Source: an uncultured Bacteroidota bacterium (lineage in GTDB: Bacteria > Bacteroidota > Ignavibacteria > UBA10030 > UBA6906). Taken from it: 64,000 bases of DNA. Location of the stretch: the NCBI GenBank assembly GCA_963700635.1, contig CAVOYH010000003.1, positions 1,696,001-1,760,000 on the forward strand. The letters are read 5' to 3'. Positions 29,377 through 39,985 of this stretch are shown piece by piece (the first letter of the stretch is position 1; each line of letters opens with the position of its first letter). The notes under the pieces were generated by a model. It saw nothing but the letters and a program-made list of their open reading frames with translations. It was not told where the DNA came from and did no database searches. Both the position numbers and the translations under genes were made by a program.

Positions 29377-30279
29377 ATGAAGCCGTCGGAACGGACACTG
29401 GTATGGGTCGCATTTGCCATCATCTCAACGGTATGGGGAACGACGTGGCTGGCGATCCGGATCGGCTTGGAAACGGTGCCGCCGTTCCTTTCGGCCGGTC
29501 TCCGGTGTCTCCTTGCGGCCGTCGTTTTATACCTCATTCTCCGGGTTCGCGGCGGCACCATCCCCTTCTCCCGCGAGGCGTGGAAAGTCTACGTATCACT
29601 CGGCGTCCTCACCATCGGCATTCCCTTCGCTCTCATTTACTGGGGGCAGCAGTTCATTCCAACCGGACTCAGCAGCATACTCTTCGGAGCCTTTCCATTC
29701 TGGGTTGCCATCCTCTCTCATTACATGCTTGCAGATGAGCGGCTAAACGTCTATAAGGCTGTCGCAATACTGTTCGGGTTTGCAGGGGTCTTCATCATCT
29801 TCTCCGCCGAAGCGTCATTGCCAGGATCCCGGGGTCTTCTGGGGATGACGGCCGTGCTGATCAGCACGTTCCTCCAGGCCGTCGCGCTTATCCTGATCAA
29901 GAGGTATGGGGAACCTGTCACGCCCTTGGCCATGAACTTTGTCGGCATGACAATGGGCGGAATGATGCTCCTCGTGTTCAGCGCTCTTTTTGAACAGGGA
30001 CAGAGAGTGTTGTGGACCCTACCGGCGATCGGATCGCTGCTCTATCTCTCGCTTGTGGGATCGGTGATCACGTTTCTTGCGTACTTCTGGCTGTTGAAAC
30101 GAATCGAAGCAGTGTATCTTTCACTCTCGAGCTTTATCAATCCGCTTGTTGCCGTCGTGCTGGGCGCACTGGTGTTGGGTGAGCGGCTGCCTCCCACGGT
30201 GTTCTCCGGCGCCGCGCTGGTTCTCATAGGATTGCTGGTCGCAAACGGGAAGGCAATGTATGCACGGATCACGTCGTAA
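29377..30279 (+). CDS. EamA/DMT family transporter
   Basis: WGTTWLAI...PPF...GLR, about 10 TM helices, NPLVAV.LG...LGE. Confidence 0.93.
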   Translation: MKPSERTLVWVAFAIISTVWGTTWLAIRIGLETVPPFLSAGLRCLLAAVVLYLILRVRGGTIPFSREAWKVYVSLGVLTIGIPFALIYWGQQFIPTGLSSILFGAFPFWVAILSHYMLADERLNVYKAVAILFGFAGVFIIFSAEASLPGSRGLLGMTAVLISTFLQAVALILIKRYGEPVTPLAMNFVGMTMGGMMLLVFSALFEQGQRVLWTLPAIGSLLYLSLVGSVITFLAYFWLLKRIEAVYLSLSSFINPLVAVVLGALVLGERLPPTVFSGAALVLIGLLVANGKAMYARITS

Positions 30280-32260
30280 CCATTGCGCATGGGGAAATCG
30301 GCGCGCGCCGTGCCGGTTCGTCACTCTCCTTGCGGCTCTTCTCATGACTCTTCCCGTTCGGGGACAGTTTGCCAAGGTCGCCCCGGAACCGGGAGGGGGG
30401 TCATGGCTTGAGGGGACCCGTTCCGGTGAAGCCGTGGACGTCCTTCACTACGACCTGGTTATCCGTCTTTCCATGGTCAACGAGGAGCTGAGCGGCACGG
30501 TGCGCATGACGATCCGCCTCTCCGGCACCCCCGCCGACGGGCAGCTCAGGCTGCATTCGGCGAAGCTGGCGATCGACTCCGGAAGGGTAAACGGCCAACC
30601 CTCGGCCATCACCATTGATACGGTTGGAGAGTCGATCCTCCTGGCGCCCCCTTCCGGCACGATGTTCACGGAAGGGGAGACCCTCGACGTGGCAATCGAC
30701 TACCGGCGAGTGCCCGGCGTAGCGAGACCCAATTCGCGCAGGGGGTACTACTTCTTTACAGACACGCTGGGACTTCCTGCGAATCTCGGGTATACGATGT
30801 CGGAACCATCTGATGCGCGGTTCTGGATGCCCTGTCACGACGAGCCGTGGGACAAAGCCACGGCGGACATTCATGCCAGGGTACCTGACGGATATGTCGC
30901 CGCCTCGAACGGGCGCCTTCTCGGCGTGGAGAACCATCCTGATACGACCGTCACCTGGCACTGGCGGGAGGTTCACCCCATCGTTCCCTACCTGATGTGC
31001 GTCACAGCATCCCGGTTCACCGTCTCGAGTATACCGTTTGAGCGGGCATCAGGTGATACGGTCCCGGTTCAGTACTACGTCTGGCAACCGGACTCCCTTG
31101 AGACTGCCCTCTACCTCCCCACGGTGCGTGCCATGGTTGCACGTCTTTCGGACCTGTTCGGTCCGTATCCATTCGACAAGTATGGCATGACGGCGATTGT
31201 CCCTTTCGGGTATGGAGGGATGGAACACCAGACGATAACGACGATGAACAGGTATCTGAAGACCGACGAAAGTACGGTCCTCCACGAACTTGCGCATCAG
31301 TGGTGGGGGAATCTCGTCACGTGCGCGACCTGGAAAGACATCTGGCTCAACGAGAGTTTTGCCACCTATGCTGAAGCTCTCTGGGCGGAGTCGAAAGGAG
31401 GCGCACAGGCTCTTCGTGCGTACATGACCGACAATCTCGAGCACTTTCAGTACGGATCGTGGCAGGGGGCGGTATACGATCCTGAAGGGCAGGGACTGAA
31501 TCTGTTCGATCTGGTCGTGTACAGCAAAGGTGCGTGGGTTCTCCACATGCTGCGCGGCGTTGTCGGGGACACCGTCTTCTTCGATATCCTCTCGCGCTAT
31601 CGCGACCGGTTCAGCGGAGGCAATGCCACCACTGCTGATTTCGAGGCGGTCGTCGATTCGGTTACCGGAACATCCTCCTCCTGGTTCTTCTCCCAGTGGA
31701 TCTACGGGAATGGATGGCCGAAGTACAGCGTGAGCCACACCTGGACAGGAGATTCGCTGAAGGTGGTGCTGGTGCAGACGCAATCCGCTTCCTGGCCGAC
31801 GTTCCGGATGCCCCTGACGCTCGAAGTCCGTGGTTCAGGGCGCGATACGACATTCGTTGTCAATGCTCAGGATCGTGTTGCCACCTATACAATCCCCCTG
31901 GCGTTTTCGCCCGACACTGTGATTCTCGATCCGGAGCACTGGGTGCTGAAGCAGGTGCAGAATACCACGGTGGCCGTCAGCCAGGAACCGGTTCCCGGTC
32001 AGATCGAACTGGGGCAGAATTATCCCAACCCATTCAATGCGATGACCGTCATACGCTTCATCCTGCCCGCCCCGGCCCGTGTCCGTCTGGTGTTGTACGA
32101 CCTGCTTGGAGCGGAGATCGCCGTGCTGGATGAGGGACCCAGGCCGGCGGGAGAGACCGTGGTGCGTTTCAATGGGTCTGGTCTCGCCTCCGGTGTCTAT
32201 CTGTACCGGCTCCAGGCCGGGCCGTGGCGGCAGACCCGGCGAATGCTCTTGATACGATAA
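30260..32260 (+). CDS. M1 aminopeptidase with T9SS CTD
   Basis: GGMEH, HELAHQWWG-N-NESFATY, YSKGAWVLHML, QNYPNPFN; start uncertain. Confidence 0.92.
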   Translation: MHGSRRNHCAWGNRRAPCRFVTLLAALLMTLPVRGQFAKVAPEPGGGSWLEGTRSGEAVDVLHYDLVIRLSMVNEELSGTVRMTIRLSGTPADGQLRLHSAKLAIDSGRVNGQPSAITIDTVGESILLAPPSGTMFTEGETLDVAIDYRRVPGVARPNSRRGYYFFTDTLGLPANLGYTMSEPSDARFWMPCHDEPWDKATADIHARVPDGYVAASNGRLLGVENHPDTTVTWHWREVHPIVPYLMCVTASRFTVSSIPFERASGDTVPVQYYVWQPDSLETALYLPTVRAMVARLSDLFGPYPFDKYGMTAIVPFGYGGMEHQTITTMNRYLKTDESTVLHELAHQWWGNLVTCATWKDIWLNESFATYAEALWAESKGGAQALRAYMTDNLEHFQYGSWQGAVYDPEGQGLNLFDLVVYSKGAWVLHMLRGVVGDTVFFDILSRYRDRFSGGNATTADFEAVVDSVTGTSSSWFFSQWIYGNGWPKYSVSHTWTGDSLKVVLVQTQSASWPTFRMPLTLEVRGSGRDTTFVVNAQDRVATYTIPLAFSPDTVILDPEHWVLKQVQNTTVAVSQEPVPGQIELGQNYPNPFNAMTVIRFILPAPARVRLVLYDLLGAEIAVLDEGPRPAGETVVRFNGSGLASGVYLYRLQAGPWRQTRRMLLIR

Positions 32261-32269
32261 GGCGGAACG

Positions 32270-34147
32270 GTGGTGCCACAGAAACTTACCATACGGATCA
32301 CGACCGAGGACGTCTCCCTCGCTGAGAAGCTCGACGCTCTTCCCACGGACCCGGGCGTCTATCAGCACAAAGACGCCGACGGGAAAGTGCTGTATGTCGG
32401 CAAAGCCAAGAACCTCCGGAACCGCGTTCGTCAGTATTTTCAGAAGTCCCGTTCGATCGATCCCCGCATTGCGCAGATGCTCTCCCGTGCAACCGACCTC
32501 GAGGTGATTGTCACGGACTCGGAGGTGGAGGCTCTGATTCTCGAAGCCAACCTGATCAAGAAGCTGAAGCCGCGGTATAACGTCAACCTCAAGGATGACA
32601 AGTCCTATCCCTACATTGTGGTCACCAACGAACCGTTCCCCCGTGTCTTCGTCACGCGGCAGATCCGCAGGGACGGGTCGCGCTATTTCGGGCCGTATAC
32701 GGACGTGAAGAATGTCCGCGCCGCGCTGAAGGCCATCCGTGATATTTTCATGATCAGGAGCTGTAATTTCGTTCTGGATGACGACACCATTGCCAGGCGA
32801 AAGGTCAAGGTATGTCTCGACTATCATATCAAGAAGTGTGAGGGTCCCTGCGAGGGACTGGTGACCAGCGCGCGATATCAGGCGATGATCGAGCAGGTTG
32901 CGGCGCTGCTCCGGGGGAAATCGGAGTCGCTCATCCGTTCGCTGACGGCAGAGATGGAACGTCACGCCGCTGCAATGCGCTTCGAGGACGCGGCCCTGCT
33001 CCGCGACAGGATAAGAGGACTGCAGGCGTACGCTGAACGACAGAAGGCGGTCGATCTGGACAGCGTCGATCGCGATATCGTGGCGGTGGCCGGGGAGGGG
33101 GATGATGCCTGTGGCGTAATCTTCAAAGTTCGCGAAGGGAAGATGATCGGCCGGAGGCATTACTACCTCAGTAACGTTGAAGGAAGACCGTCGGGAGAGG
33201 TCCTGGGGACGCTTCTGCACCAGCACTATCTGGAAGCCGAGGACCTTCCACAGGAGTTGCTTGTTCAGGAACATCCTGATGACGAGGGCGCGCTTCTTGC
33301 CTGGCTGGGCCAGCGGCGGGGAGAAGGGATCAGGCTTACCGTTCCGACTGAAGGGGAAGAGGCGAAGCTCGTCCATCTGTCAAAGACAAATGCCAGGTTT
33401 CTGCTTGATGAATTGAAGATCCAGCGTCTCAAGAGGTCTGATGCTCTTCCACACGGGGTGACAGCCCTGCAGCACGACCTGCGCCTCGAAATTCCGCCCC
33501 GCCGCATTGAGTGTTTCGACATCTCGAACATCCAGGGAGCCGACGCCGTTGCGTCGCTTGTGGTATTTCTGGACGGCAAGCCCAGGAAGAGCGAGTACCG
33601 GAAGTTCAAGATCCGCTCGGTGGAAGGGCCGGACGATTTTGCGAGCATGCGCGAGGTGGTCGAGCGCCGCTACACCCATCAGCTTGCGGAACAGGCCACC
33701 CTTCCCGATCTCATCGTCGTGGATGGTGGAAAGGGCCAGCTTTCGAGTGCCGTTGAAGTGTTGCAGCGCCTCGGGCTGAGTGCGGTGCCGGTGATCGGGC
33801 TGGCGAAACGGCTTGAGGAAGTCTACCGGCCTGGCCGCAGCGAACCCGAGGTGATCGCTCGGACGTCGGGGGGGCTCCGGTTGCTGCAACGGATCCGCGA
33901 TGAGGCTCACCGTTTTGCCGTGGCCTATCATCGGACGGTGCGCCAGCGGCGCACCCTCCAGACGGAACTCGATCTCATCGCGGGCGTCGGGAAGAAACGC
34001 GCAAAAGAGCTGCTGGAGGCATTTGGATCGGTGCAGGGTGTCAGGTTTGCGTCCCAGGACCAGCTTTCGGAGGTCGTGGGGCAGAAGACAGCGGAGCGAA
34101 TAACGTCGTATTTTCGCGACGAACACGAAGATGAGGCAGGTGGCTAA
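32270..34147 (+). CDS. uvrC: excinuclease ABC subunit C
   Basis: GIY-YIG PGVY..YVGKAKNLR, ECFDISN, DGGKGQ, RDEAHRFA, HhH. Confidence 0.98.
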   Translation: MVPQKLTIRITTEDVSLAEKLDALPTDPGVYQHKDADGKVLYVGKAKNLRNRVRQYFQKSRSIDPRIAQMLSRATDLEVIVTDSEVEALILEANLIKKLKPRYNVNLKDDKSYPYIVVTNEPFPRVFVTRQIRRDGSRYFGPYTDVKNVRAALKAIRDIFMIRSCNFVLDDDTIARRKVKVCLDYHIKKCEGPCEGLVTSARYQAMIEQVAALLRGKSESLIRSLTAEMERHAAAMRFEDAALLRDRIRGLQAYAERQKAVDLDSVDRDIVAVAGEGDDACGVIFKVREGKMIGRRHYYLSNVEGRPSGEVLGTLLHQHYLEAEDLPQELLVQEHPDDEGALLAWLGQRRGEGIRLTVPTEGEEAKLVHLSKTNARFLLDELKIQRLKRSDALPHGVTALQHDLRLEIPPRRIECFDISNIQGADAVASLVVFLDGKPRKSEYRKFKIRSVEGPDDFASMREVVERRYTHQLAEQATLPDLIVVDGGKGQLSSAVEVLQRLGLSAVPVIGLAKRLEEVYRPGRSEPEVIARTSGGLRLLQRIRDEAHRFAVAYHRTVRQRRTLQTELDLIAGVGKKRAKELLEAFGSVQGVRFASQDQLSEVVGQKTAERITSYFRDEHEDEAGG

Positions 34148-34219
34148 TATTGATCCCATACCGCTTCTCCGTGTTTGTCAAATGGTCATGAGATTGGGAG
34201 AAAGGAACGGTTTCCTTCG

Positions 34220-34235
34220 TGGTACACAACTTGCA
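34220..34235 (+). promoter_or_regulatory. sigma54-like promoter
   Basis: TGGTAC-ACAAC-TTGCA about 70 nt upstream of the orphan ORF. Confidence 0.5.
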
Positions 34236-34304
34236 GGTTTTTCTGTGGGTTTTTGGGGAATTGGAGAGGGGATTTCCACGGGGGAGTGCGAGAAAGGGAG
34301 AAGT

Positions 34305-35009
34305 ATGACTGGTACCCGACCGAGGACGCCGGGCATCTGGATGACGGAACATCAGTTCTTCAGCCTTCTCGAAGAGCTGCACGTTATTCGCGTCTCGCGA
34401 CCGGGGGGCAAAATGATTATGCTCGATGTCTCCGGCGAGCAGGGAGTGGAATCTGTCGGTGTGACCGAACTGAAGAAACGGTCCCTCACTGCCCTTGCAG
34501 AGCTGGAAGAGCGGAAAGCAGAAATTGAAGAGAACCGGTTTGCAATGCCCGTTAATAGCGAGATTAACGCGGGAGGAAGTGTCAGCATGCGCGTCGATTT
34601 CGTGAAGCGAAACGATCAGCTGACGCCGGAAGAGGAGAAAGAGAAACAGGGATTGCTCGGGGATATCCTTGCTGCCATTGCACATCATCGGCTCGTGGTG
34701 GGAGGGATGAACTATCTGCAGGTGCACTATCGCGAACTCGAGCCCGAACTTGTCCGGCGGGAGTTCCCACTCGATCAGCTGAGCCGCGGGCAGACGATGG
34801 GAGAACGACTCCGGTGGAGCAAAGGGATCAAGTCGGCCGCTCTCTTCTGTATCCGCGAGAGCGAGAAGGAGTCAAATACCGGGAAGCCCATGATCGACAT
34901 CTGCCGGGAATTTCTGACACTGTATGCGATCGAGGGAGATGAAGCGTATTCTCCGGATCAGCTGTTCGGAAACATTCAGCAGATTCTCCTGCTCGACAGA
35001 ACCGGATAG
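34305..35009 (+). CDS. hypothetical protein
   Basis: open frame with protein-like composition; ATG 34305 after GGGAG (alternative ATG 34341). Confidence 0.7.
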   Translation: MTGTRPRTPGIWMTEHQFFSLLEELHVIRVSRPGGKMIMLDVSGEQGVESVGVTELKKRSLTALAELEERKAEIEENRFAMPVNSEINAGGSVSMRVDFVKRNDQLTPEEEKEKQGLLGDILAAIAHHRLVVGGMNYLQVHYRELEPELVRREFPLDQLSRGQTMGERLRWSKGIKSAALFCIRESEKESNTGKPMIDICREFLTLYAIEGDEAYSPDQLFGNIQQILLLDRTG

Positions 35010-35079
35010 GAGAAGATGGCCGGTATGATACGTGCGGCTCGCGCGCGTGGTCTACGTACGTTCACAGATGGAGGAAACA

Positions 35080-35316
35080 ATGAAAACCCTGCGCAACATC
35101 GCCATCGTGGTGCTCTGTGCTGTGGGAGGATTTATGCTTGTCCGTACGGCGGAGGCCCAGCAGGAGAGGCGTGGAAAGATTGTGTTGTGGGAGTATCGTG
35201 ACGGGGCAAATCTGAACATGAGCCAACTGAACACGCTCGGGGCAGAGGGATGGGAACTTGTGACGATCACGGCGTATGGAAAGGACTACTATTATGTGCT
35301 GAAGCGCCCCCGGTGA
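35080..35316 (+). CDS. small exported DUF4177-like protein
   Basis: signal peptide; WEYR, LNTLGAEGWELV, YYVLKRP; RBS GGAGG. Confidence 0.75.
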   Translation: MKTLRNIAIVVLCAVGGFMLVRTAEAQQERRGKIVLWEYRDGANLNMSQLNTLGAEGWELVTITAYGKDYYYVLKRPR

Positions 35317-35340
35317 ACGGGGGGGACCTCCGGTGCCGAC

Positions 35341-35371
35341 TTGCATGAGCGGGCCCAAATCCGTATATTTG
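35341..35371 (+). promoter_or_regulatory. promoter of tRNA-Val/pyr operon
   Basis: TTGCAT-N17-TATATT(TG). Confidence 0.65.
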
Positions 35372-35383
35372 CTCCATCTCCAC

Positions 35384-36153
<770 letters not shown>

Positions 36154-36180
36154 ACCGCCGACCAATCAGGAAACACGTTC

Positions 36181-37101
36181 ATGCCGCTGCAAAACAGACA
36201 TCTTCTCGGACTCGACGGAATGCGGCGCGACGATATCGAGTTGATTCTCGATACTGCCGTCTCCTTCCGTGAAGTGCTCGACCGTCCGATCAAAAAGGTC
36301 CCTCCGCTCCAGGGGAAGACCGTCGCCAACATGTTTTTCGAGAACTCAACGAGGACCCGTCTCTCATTCGAGCTCGCTGAGCGGCGGCTCTCCGCCGATG
36401 TTCTGGCATTCTCGGCGACGGGAAGCAGCGTCAGCAAAGGGGAGACTCTCAAAGACACGGCGCGCAACATAGAGGCCATGAAAATCGATATGGTGGTGAT
36501 GCGCCATCATGCGGCCGGCGCGCCGGAATATCTCTCCCGCGTGATCGAAGCGAATGTCATTAATGCGGGAGACGGATCACACGAGCATCCCACCCAGGCG
36601 CTGCTGGACATGTACACCATCCGCGAGAAACTCGGACGGCTGCACGACCTCCACGTCTGCATCCTCGGAGACATCGCCCACAGCAGGGTAGCCAGGTCGA
36701 ACATCTTTGGCCTGAAAACCATGGGTGCGCGGGTGTCCGTGTGCGGACCCGCAACGATGATTCCCCGTGATATCGAGCGTCTCGGTGTCGAGGTGTATCA
36801 TCATATCGATGATGTCCTCCCCTCGGTGGATGTGCTGAATATCCTCCGCATCCAGTTGGAGCGTGATGCCGGACGGTTGTTCCCGTCACTCCGCGAGTAT
36901 CACAACTTTTACGGCATCACGCGAAAACGTCTGGAGCGGGCGGGGCGCGTCATGACCATTATGCATCCCGGTCCGATCAACCGCGACGTTGAAATCTCCG
37001 CCGATGTGGCGGACAGCGAGCATTCAGTGATCTTGCAGCAGGTGGTCAACGGCGTGGCCGTCCGTATGGCCGTGCTCTACCTGCTCTCAACAAATAACTA
37101 G
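36181..37101 (+). CDS. pyrB: aspartate carbamoyltransferase
   Basis: FFENSTRT, HPTQALLD, RIQLER, HPGP. Confidence 0.98.
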   Translation: MPLQNRHLLGLDGMRRDDIELILDTAVSFREVLDRPIKKVPPLQGKTVANMFFENSTRTRLSFELAERRLSADVLAFSATGSSVSKGETLKDTARNIEAMKIDMVVMRHHAAGAPEYLSRVIEANVINAGDGSHEHPTQALLDMYTIREKLGRLHDLHVCILGDIAHSRVARSNIFGLKTMGARVSVCGPATMIPRDIERLGVEVYHHIDDVLPSVDVLNILRIQLERDAGRLFPSLREYHNFYGITRKRLERAGRVMTIMHPGPINRDVEISADVADSEHSVILQQVVNGVAVRMAVLYLLSTNN

Positions 37102-37132
37102 TACCGAGTCCTGACCCTGGAAGGTATATGCC

Positions 37133-38419
37133 ATGCAACTACTTCTGAAAAACGGCCGCGTGGTCGACCCGGTCACCGGCAGGGATGAAATCCTGGATCT
37201 CCTCATCGTGGATGGCCGCATTGAGCGCATGGGCAAGGGGCTGCACGCGCCTTCAGCCCAGGCGATCGAACTGCGGGGTACCGTGGTGGCGCCGGGATTC
37301 ATCGATATGCATGTGCATTTGCGGGAGCCGGGCTTTGAGCACAAGGAGACCATCGCTTCGGGTTGCGCAGCTGCCGCTGCCGGCGGGTTCACCGCAGTCT
37401 GCTGTATGCCCAACACCAACCCGGCCATCGACGATGAGTCGGTGATCCGCTTCATCCAGTCCCGTGCGCGCATTGCGTTGGACGGCCTGGTGGACGTCTA
37501 CCCCATCGGCGCGGTGACCCTGGGCCGCAAAGGAGAGTGTCTGGCACATCTCGCAGAATTGGCATCGGCGGGCGCGATCGCTTTTTCCGATGACGGCGAT
37601 CCTGTCGCAGATACCGAACTCATGCGCCGGGCGCTGGAGTACAGCGCTATGTTCGGCAAACCGATCATCCAGCATGCCCAGGATCCGGCATTGAGCAAAG
37701 GGGGGGTTGCCAACGAAGGATTTGTGGCGACGTCACTGGGACTTCCCGTCATCCCGCGTCTTGCCGAGGAGCTGATGGTTGTGCGTGATATCCGCCTCGC
37801 CGAGTACACGGGCGGCAGCTACCATGTGGCACATGTGAGTACTGCCGAAACCGTCGAAGCCATCCGGCAGGCAAAGGCCCATGGTCTCCACGTGACCTGC
37901 GAGGTGGCTCCCCACCACTTCGTATTGACGGATGATGCGATCCGCACCTACGACACCAACACGAAAATGAACCCGCCTCTCAGGACGGCAGTCGATGTAG
38001 AGGCGATCAAGAAGGGGCTGCGGGACGGGACGATCGACGTGATTGCCACCGACCATGCTCCGCACTCCTTCGACGAGAAAGAGGTGGAATTTCAGGCGGC
38101 ACCCTTCGGCATTATCGGCCTCGAAACTGCGATCGGCCTCGCCGTGACGGAGCTGCTCGGAAAGAACATTCTCTCACTCCACCAACTGATTGAGAAGTTC
38201 TCGGTCCATCCCCGCCGCATCCTTCACCTTCCGGAAATCCGCATCGAAGAAGGCGCGAGCGCAAACCTGACCATCTTCGACCCGGCTGCAGAATGGGTCG
38301 TGGACCCGGCGGAGTTCCGTTCCCAATCGCGCAATACTCCCTTCCGCGGTCGGCGGCTTACAGGACGTCCGGTGGGCATCTTCAATAATGGCCGGGTCTT
38401 CTGGAACGCAACGTCCTGA
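37133..38419 (+). CDS. pyrC: dihydroorotase
   Basis: DMHVHLREPG, MPNT, KMNPPLR, TDHAPH. Confidence 0.97.
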   Translation: MQLLLKNGRVVDPVTGRDEILDLLIVDGRIERMGKGLHAPSAQAIELRGTVVAPGFIDMHVHLREPGFEHKETIASGCAAAAAGGFTAVCCMPNTNPAIDDESVIRFIQSRARIALDGLVDVYPIGAVTLGRKGECLAHLAELASAGAIAFSDDGDPVADTELMRRALEYSAMFGKPIIQHAQDPALSKGGVANEGFVATSLGLPVIPRLAEELMVVRDIRLAEYTGGSYHVAHVSTAETVEAIRQAKAHGLHVTCEVAPHHFVLTDDAIRTYDTNTKMNPPLRTAVDVEAIKKGLRDGTIDVIATDHAPHSFDEKEVEFQAAPFGIIGLETAIGLAVTELLGKNILSLHQLIEKFSVHPRRILHLPEIRIEEGASANLTIFDPAAEWVVDPAEFRSQSRNTPFRGRRLTGRPVGIFNNGRVFWNATS

Positions 38420-38452
38420 AAACTGGACGGCTGCACTCCGGGGTAGACACCA

Positions 38453-38526
38453 CACCGTTTCCGGTGGCCCGGATTGTCCGAAATCGGGCACTCTTTTTCC
38501 GTGCCGGTCGTGGCACATGATTTGAC
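38453..38526 (+). promoter_or_regulatory. sigma54-like promoter with two upstream palindromes
   Basis: TGGCAC-ATGAT-TTGAC (38511-38526); palindromes CACCGTTTCCGGTG (38453) and TGTCCGAAATCGGGCA (38475). Confidence 0.55.
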
Positions 38527-38570
38527 CCTCGTCGTGTGTAGAACCAGTACAACATGCACACGAGGCAATC

Positions 38571-39347
38571 ATGAAAACGTCTCTTGGTTTGACGACACTT
38601 CTGCTCTTCAGTCTTGCAGCCACCGGCTGCCACCATTTGCTGCACGGACCTGATGATATCGCTCCGTCGCCGCCGGGAGGTTTGCGCACGGCCACCGGCG
38701 ACAATTTTATCGAACTTTTCTGGTCGGACAACCGCGAGCCGGACCTGGCCGGATACCGTGTCTACGTCAGCTCGAGCTATGACGGACGATATGAGTTTAT
38801 CGGGTCGAGCGACATCGCATATTACTGCGACGACGGTGCACGCAACGGCAACGTCTACTACTATGCCGTCTCCGCATACGACTTTGACGGAAACGAAAGC
38901 GCTCTGAGCAGGGATGTTTCCTATGATATCCCCCGGCCCGAAGGGTACAATGTGTTGCTCTCCAATGCGCTCACGTCGCCGGGGCAGAGTTCCTACGACT
39001 TCTCACGCTACGCGGTGGTCGGCGTGGATGACCAGTACGCGGACATGACCTACGTCTGGTCATCCGGTACGCCCATGATGCAGGTCGATACCGACACTGA
39101 CATTCAGGACATGGGAACGACGGGATCGATTCTCGATATCGGGCAGGCGCCGGCCAGCGGGTGGTCCACGACCCATGACGTTCCGCTGAGAGTAGGCCAC
39201 ACATATGTGGTGTGGACATGGGACGACCATTATGCAAAGTTCAGGGTGACCACGGTGTCTTCGGGCCGTGTAGTGTTCGATTGGGCGTATCAGCTGGTTC
39301 CGGCAAACCGGCTGCTGAAGCGGAATCCCGGAAAAGAACGGAAATGA
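38571..39347 (+). CDS. lipoprotein with fibronectin-III domain and unknown C-domain
   Basis: lipobox LAATGC; APSPPGGL...W.....DLAGYRVY...YYYAVSAYD..GNES. Confidence 0.8.
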   Translation: MKTSLGLTTLLLFSLAATGCHHLLHGPDDIAPSPPGGLRTATGDNFIELFWSDNREPDLAGYRVYVSSSYDGRYEFIGSSDIAYYCDDGARNGNVYYYAVSAYDFDGNESALSRDVSYDIPRPEGYNVLLSNALTSPGQSSYDFSRYAVVGVDDQYADMTYVWSSGTPMMQVDTDTDIQDMGTTGSILDIGQAPASGWSTTHDVPLRVGHTYVVWTWDDHYAKFRVTTVSSGRVVFDWAYQLVPANRLLKRNPGKERK

Positions 39348-39451
39348 CCATCTCCGGGGCCGGTCCCCATGTCTTTCCGGTCAGTGCGGCATGGGGACGT
39401 GGTCCCGTTGACTTTCACCTCGCCAAGGTGTACTTTTTTTTACACTTCAGG

Positions 39452-39979
39452 ATGAGGTTTATGGGCATAGCCCGCTGTCTGTTCGTGTTCGTGGTGTGTG
39501 CCGGCTGTGTCAGCGTTGCTGCTGGCCAGCCGGGTTCGTCGCAGCCGGCCTCAGGTCCTCAGGTGCGCCTCCCTTTCCAGCAACATCAGATGCAGCGTCA
39601 ACAGCTTCTTCCTTCGCGCAGTCGTGACAGCGTCGCCGCACCGCACGCACGCGTCTTCGACGCAGTGCAGCGCGGAGTCGCAGAAAGTTCTGTCGGCACC
39701 TTCGCGGATCACTTTGCCTCACAGGTGTACCTCCAATTGCGGGGGAGCGATGGAGGGTACTACAGTGCAACACAGGCGTTTTACGTCCTCGATGCTTTCC
39801 TCAGGTCCCGGAAGACACTCGGCTGTCTCTTCAGCACGTTTGGCGCAGCCGAATCCAACCCCTACGCAACGGGTGGAGCAACGTTTGTCTCCCGGGGAAT
39901 CCGGGAAGACGCTCAGATCTATGTCGCCCTTCAACAATCGGGCGATCACTGGGTTATTACACACCTCAGCATTTACTGA
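39452..39979 (+). CDS. DUF4783-like exported protein
   Basis: signal peptide; GYYSATQAFYVL..F; start inferred. Confidence 0.6.
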   Translation: MRFMGIARCLFVFVVCAGCVSVAAGQPGSSQPASGPQVRLPFQQHQMQRQQLLPSRSRDSVAAPHARVFDAVQRGVAESSVGTFADHFASQVYLQLRGSDGGYYSATQAFYVLDAFLRSRKTLGCLFSTFGAAESNPYATGGATFVSRGIREDAQIYVALQQSGDHWVITHLSIY

Positions 39980-39985
39980 GTCGCA

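Noticed and set aside
31835-33376. Long antisense ORFs (513 aa here; also 44964-46499, 1788-2891, 52999-54042)
   Set aside because: They are shadows of well-conserved genes in GC-rich DNA, with no motifs or RBS.
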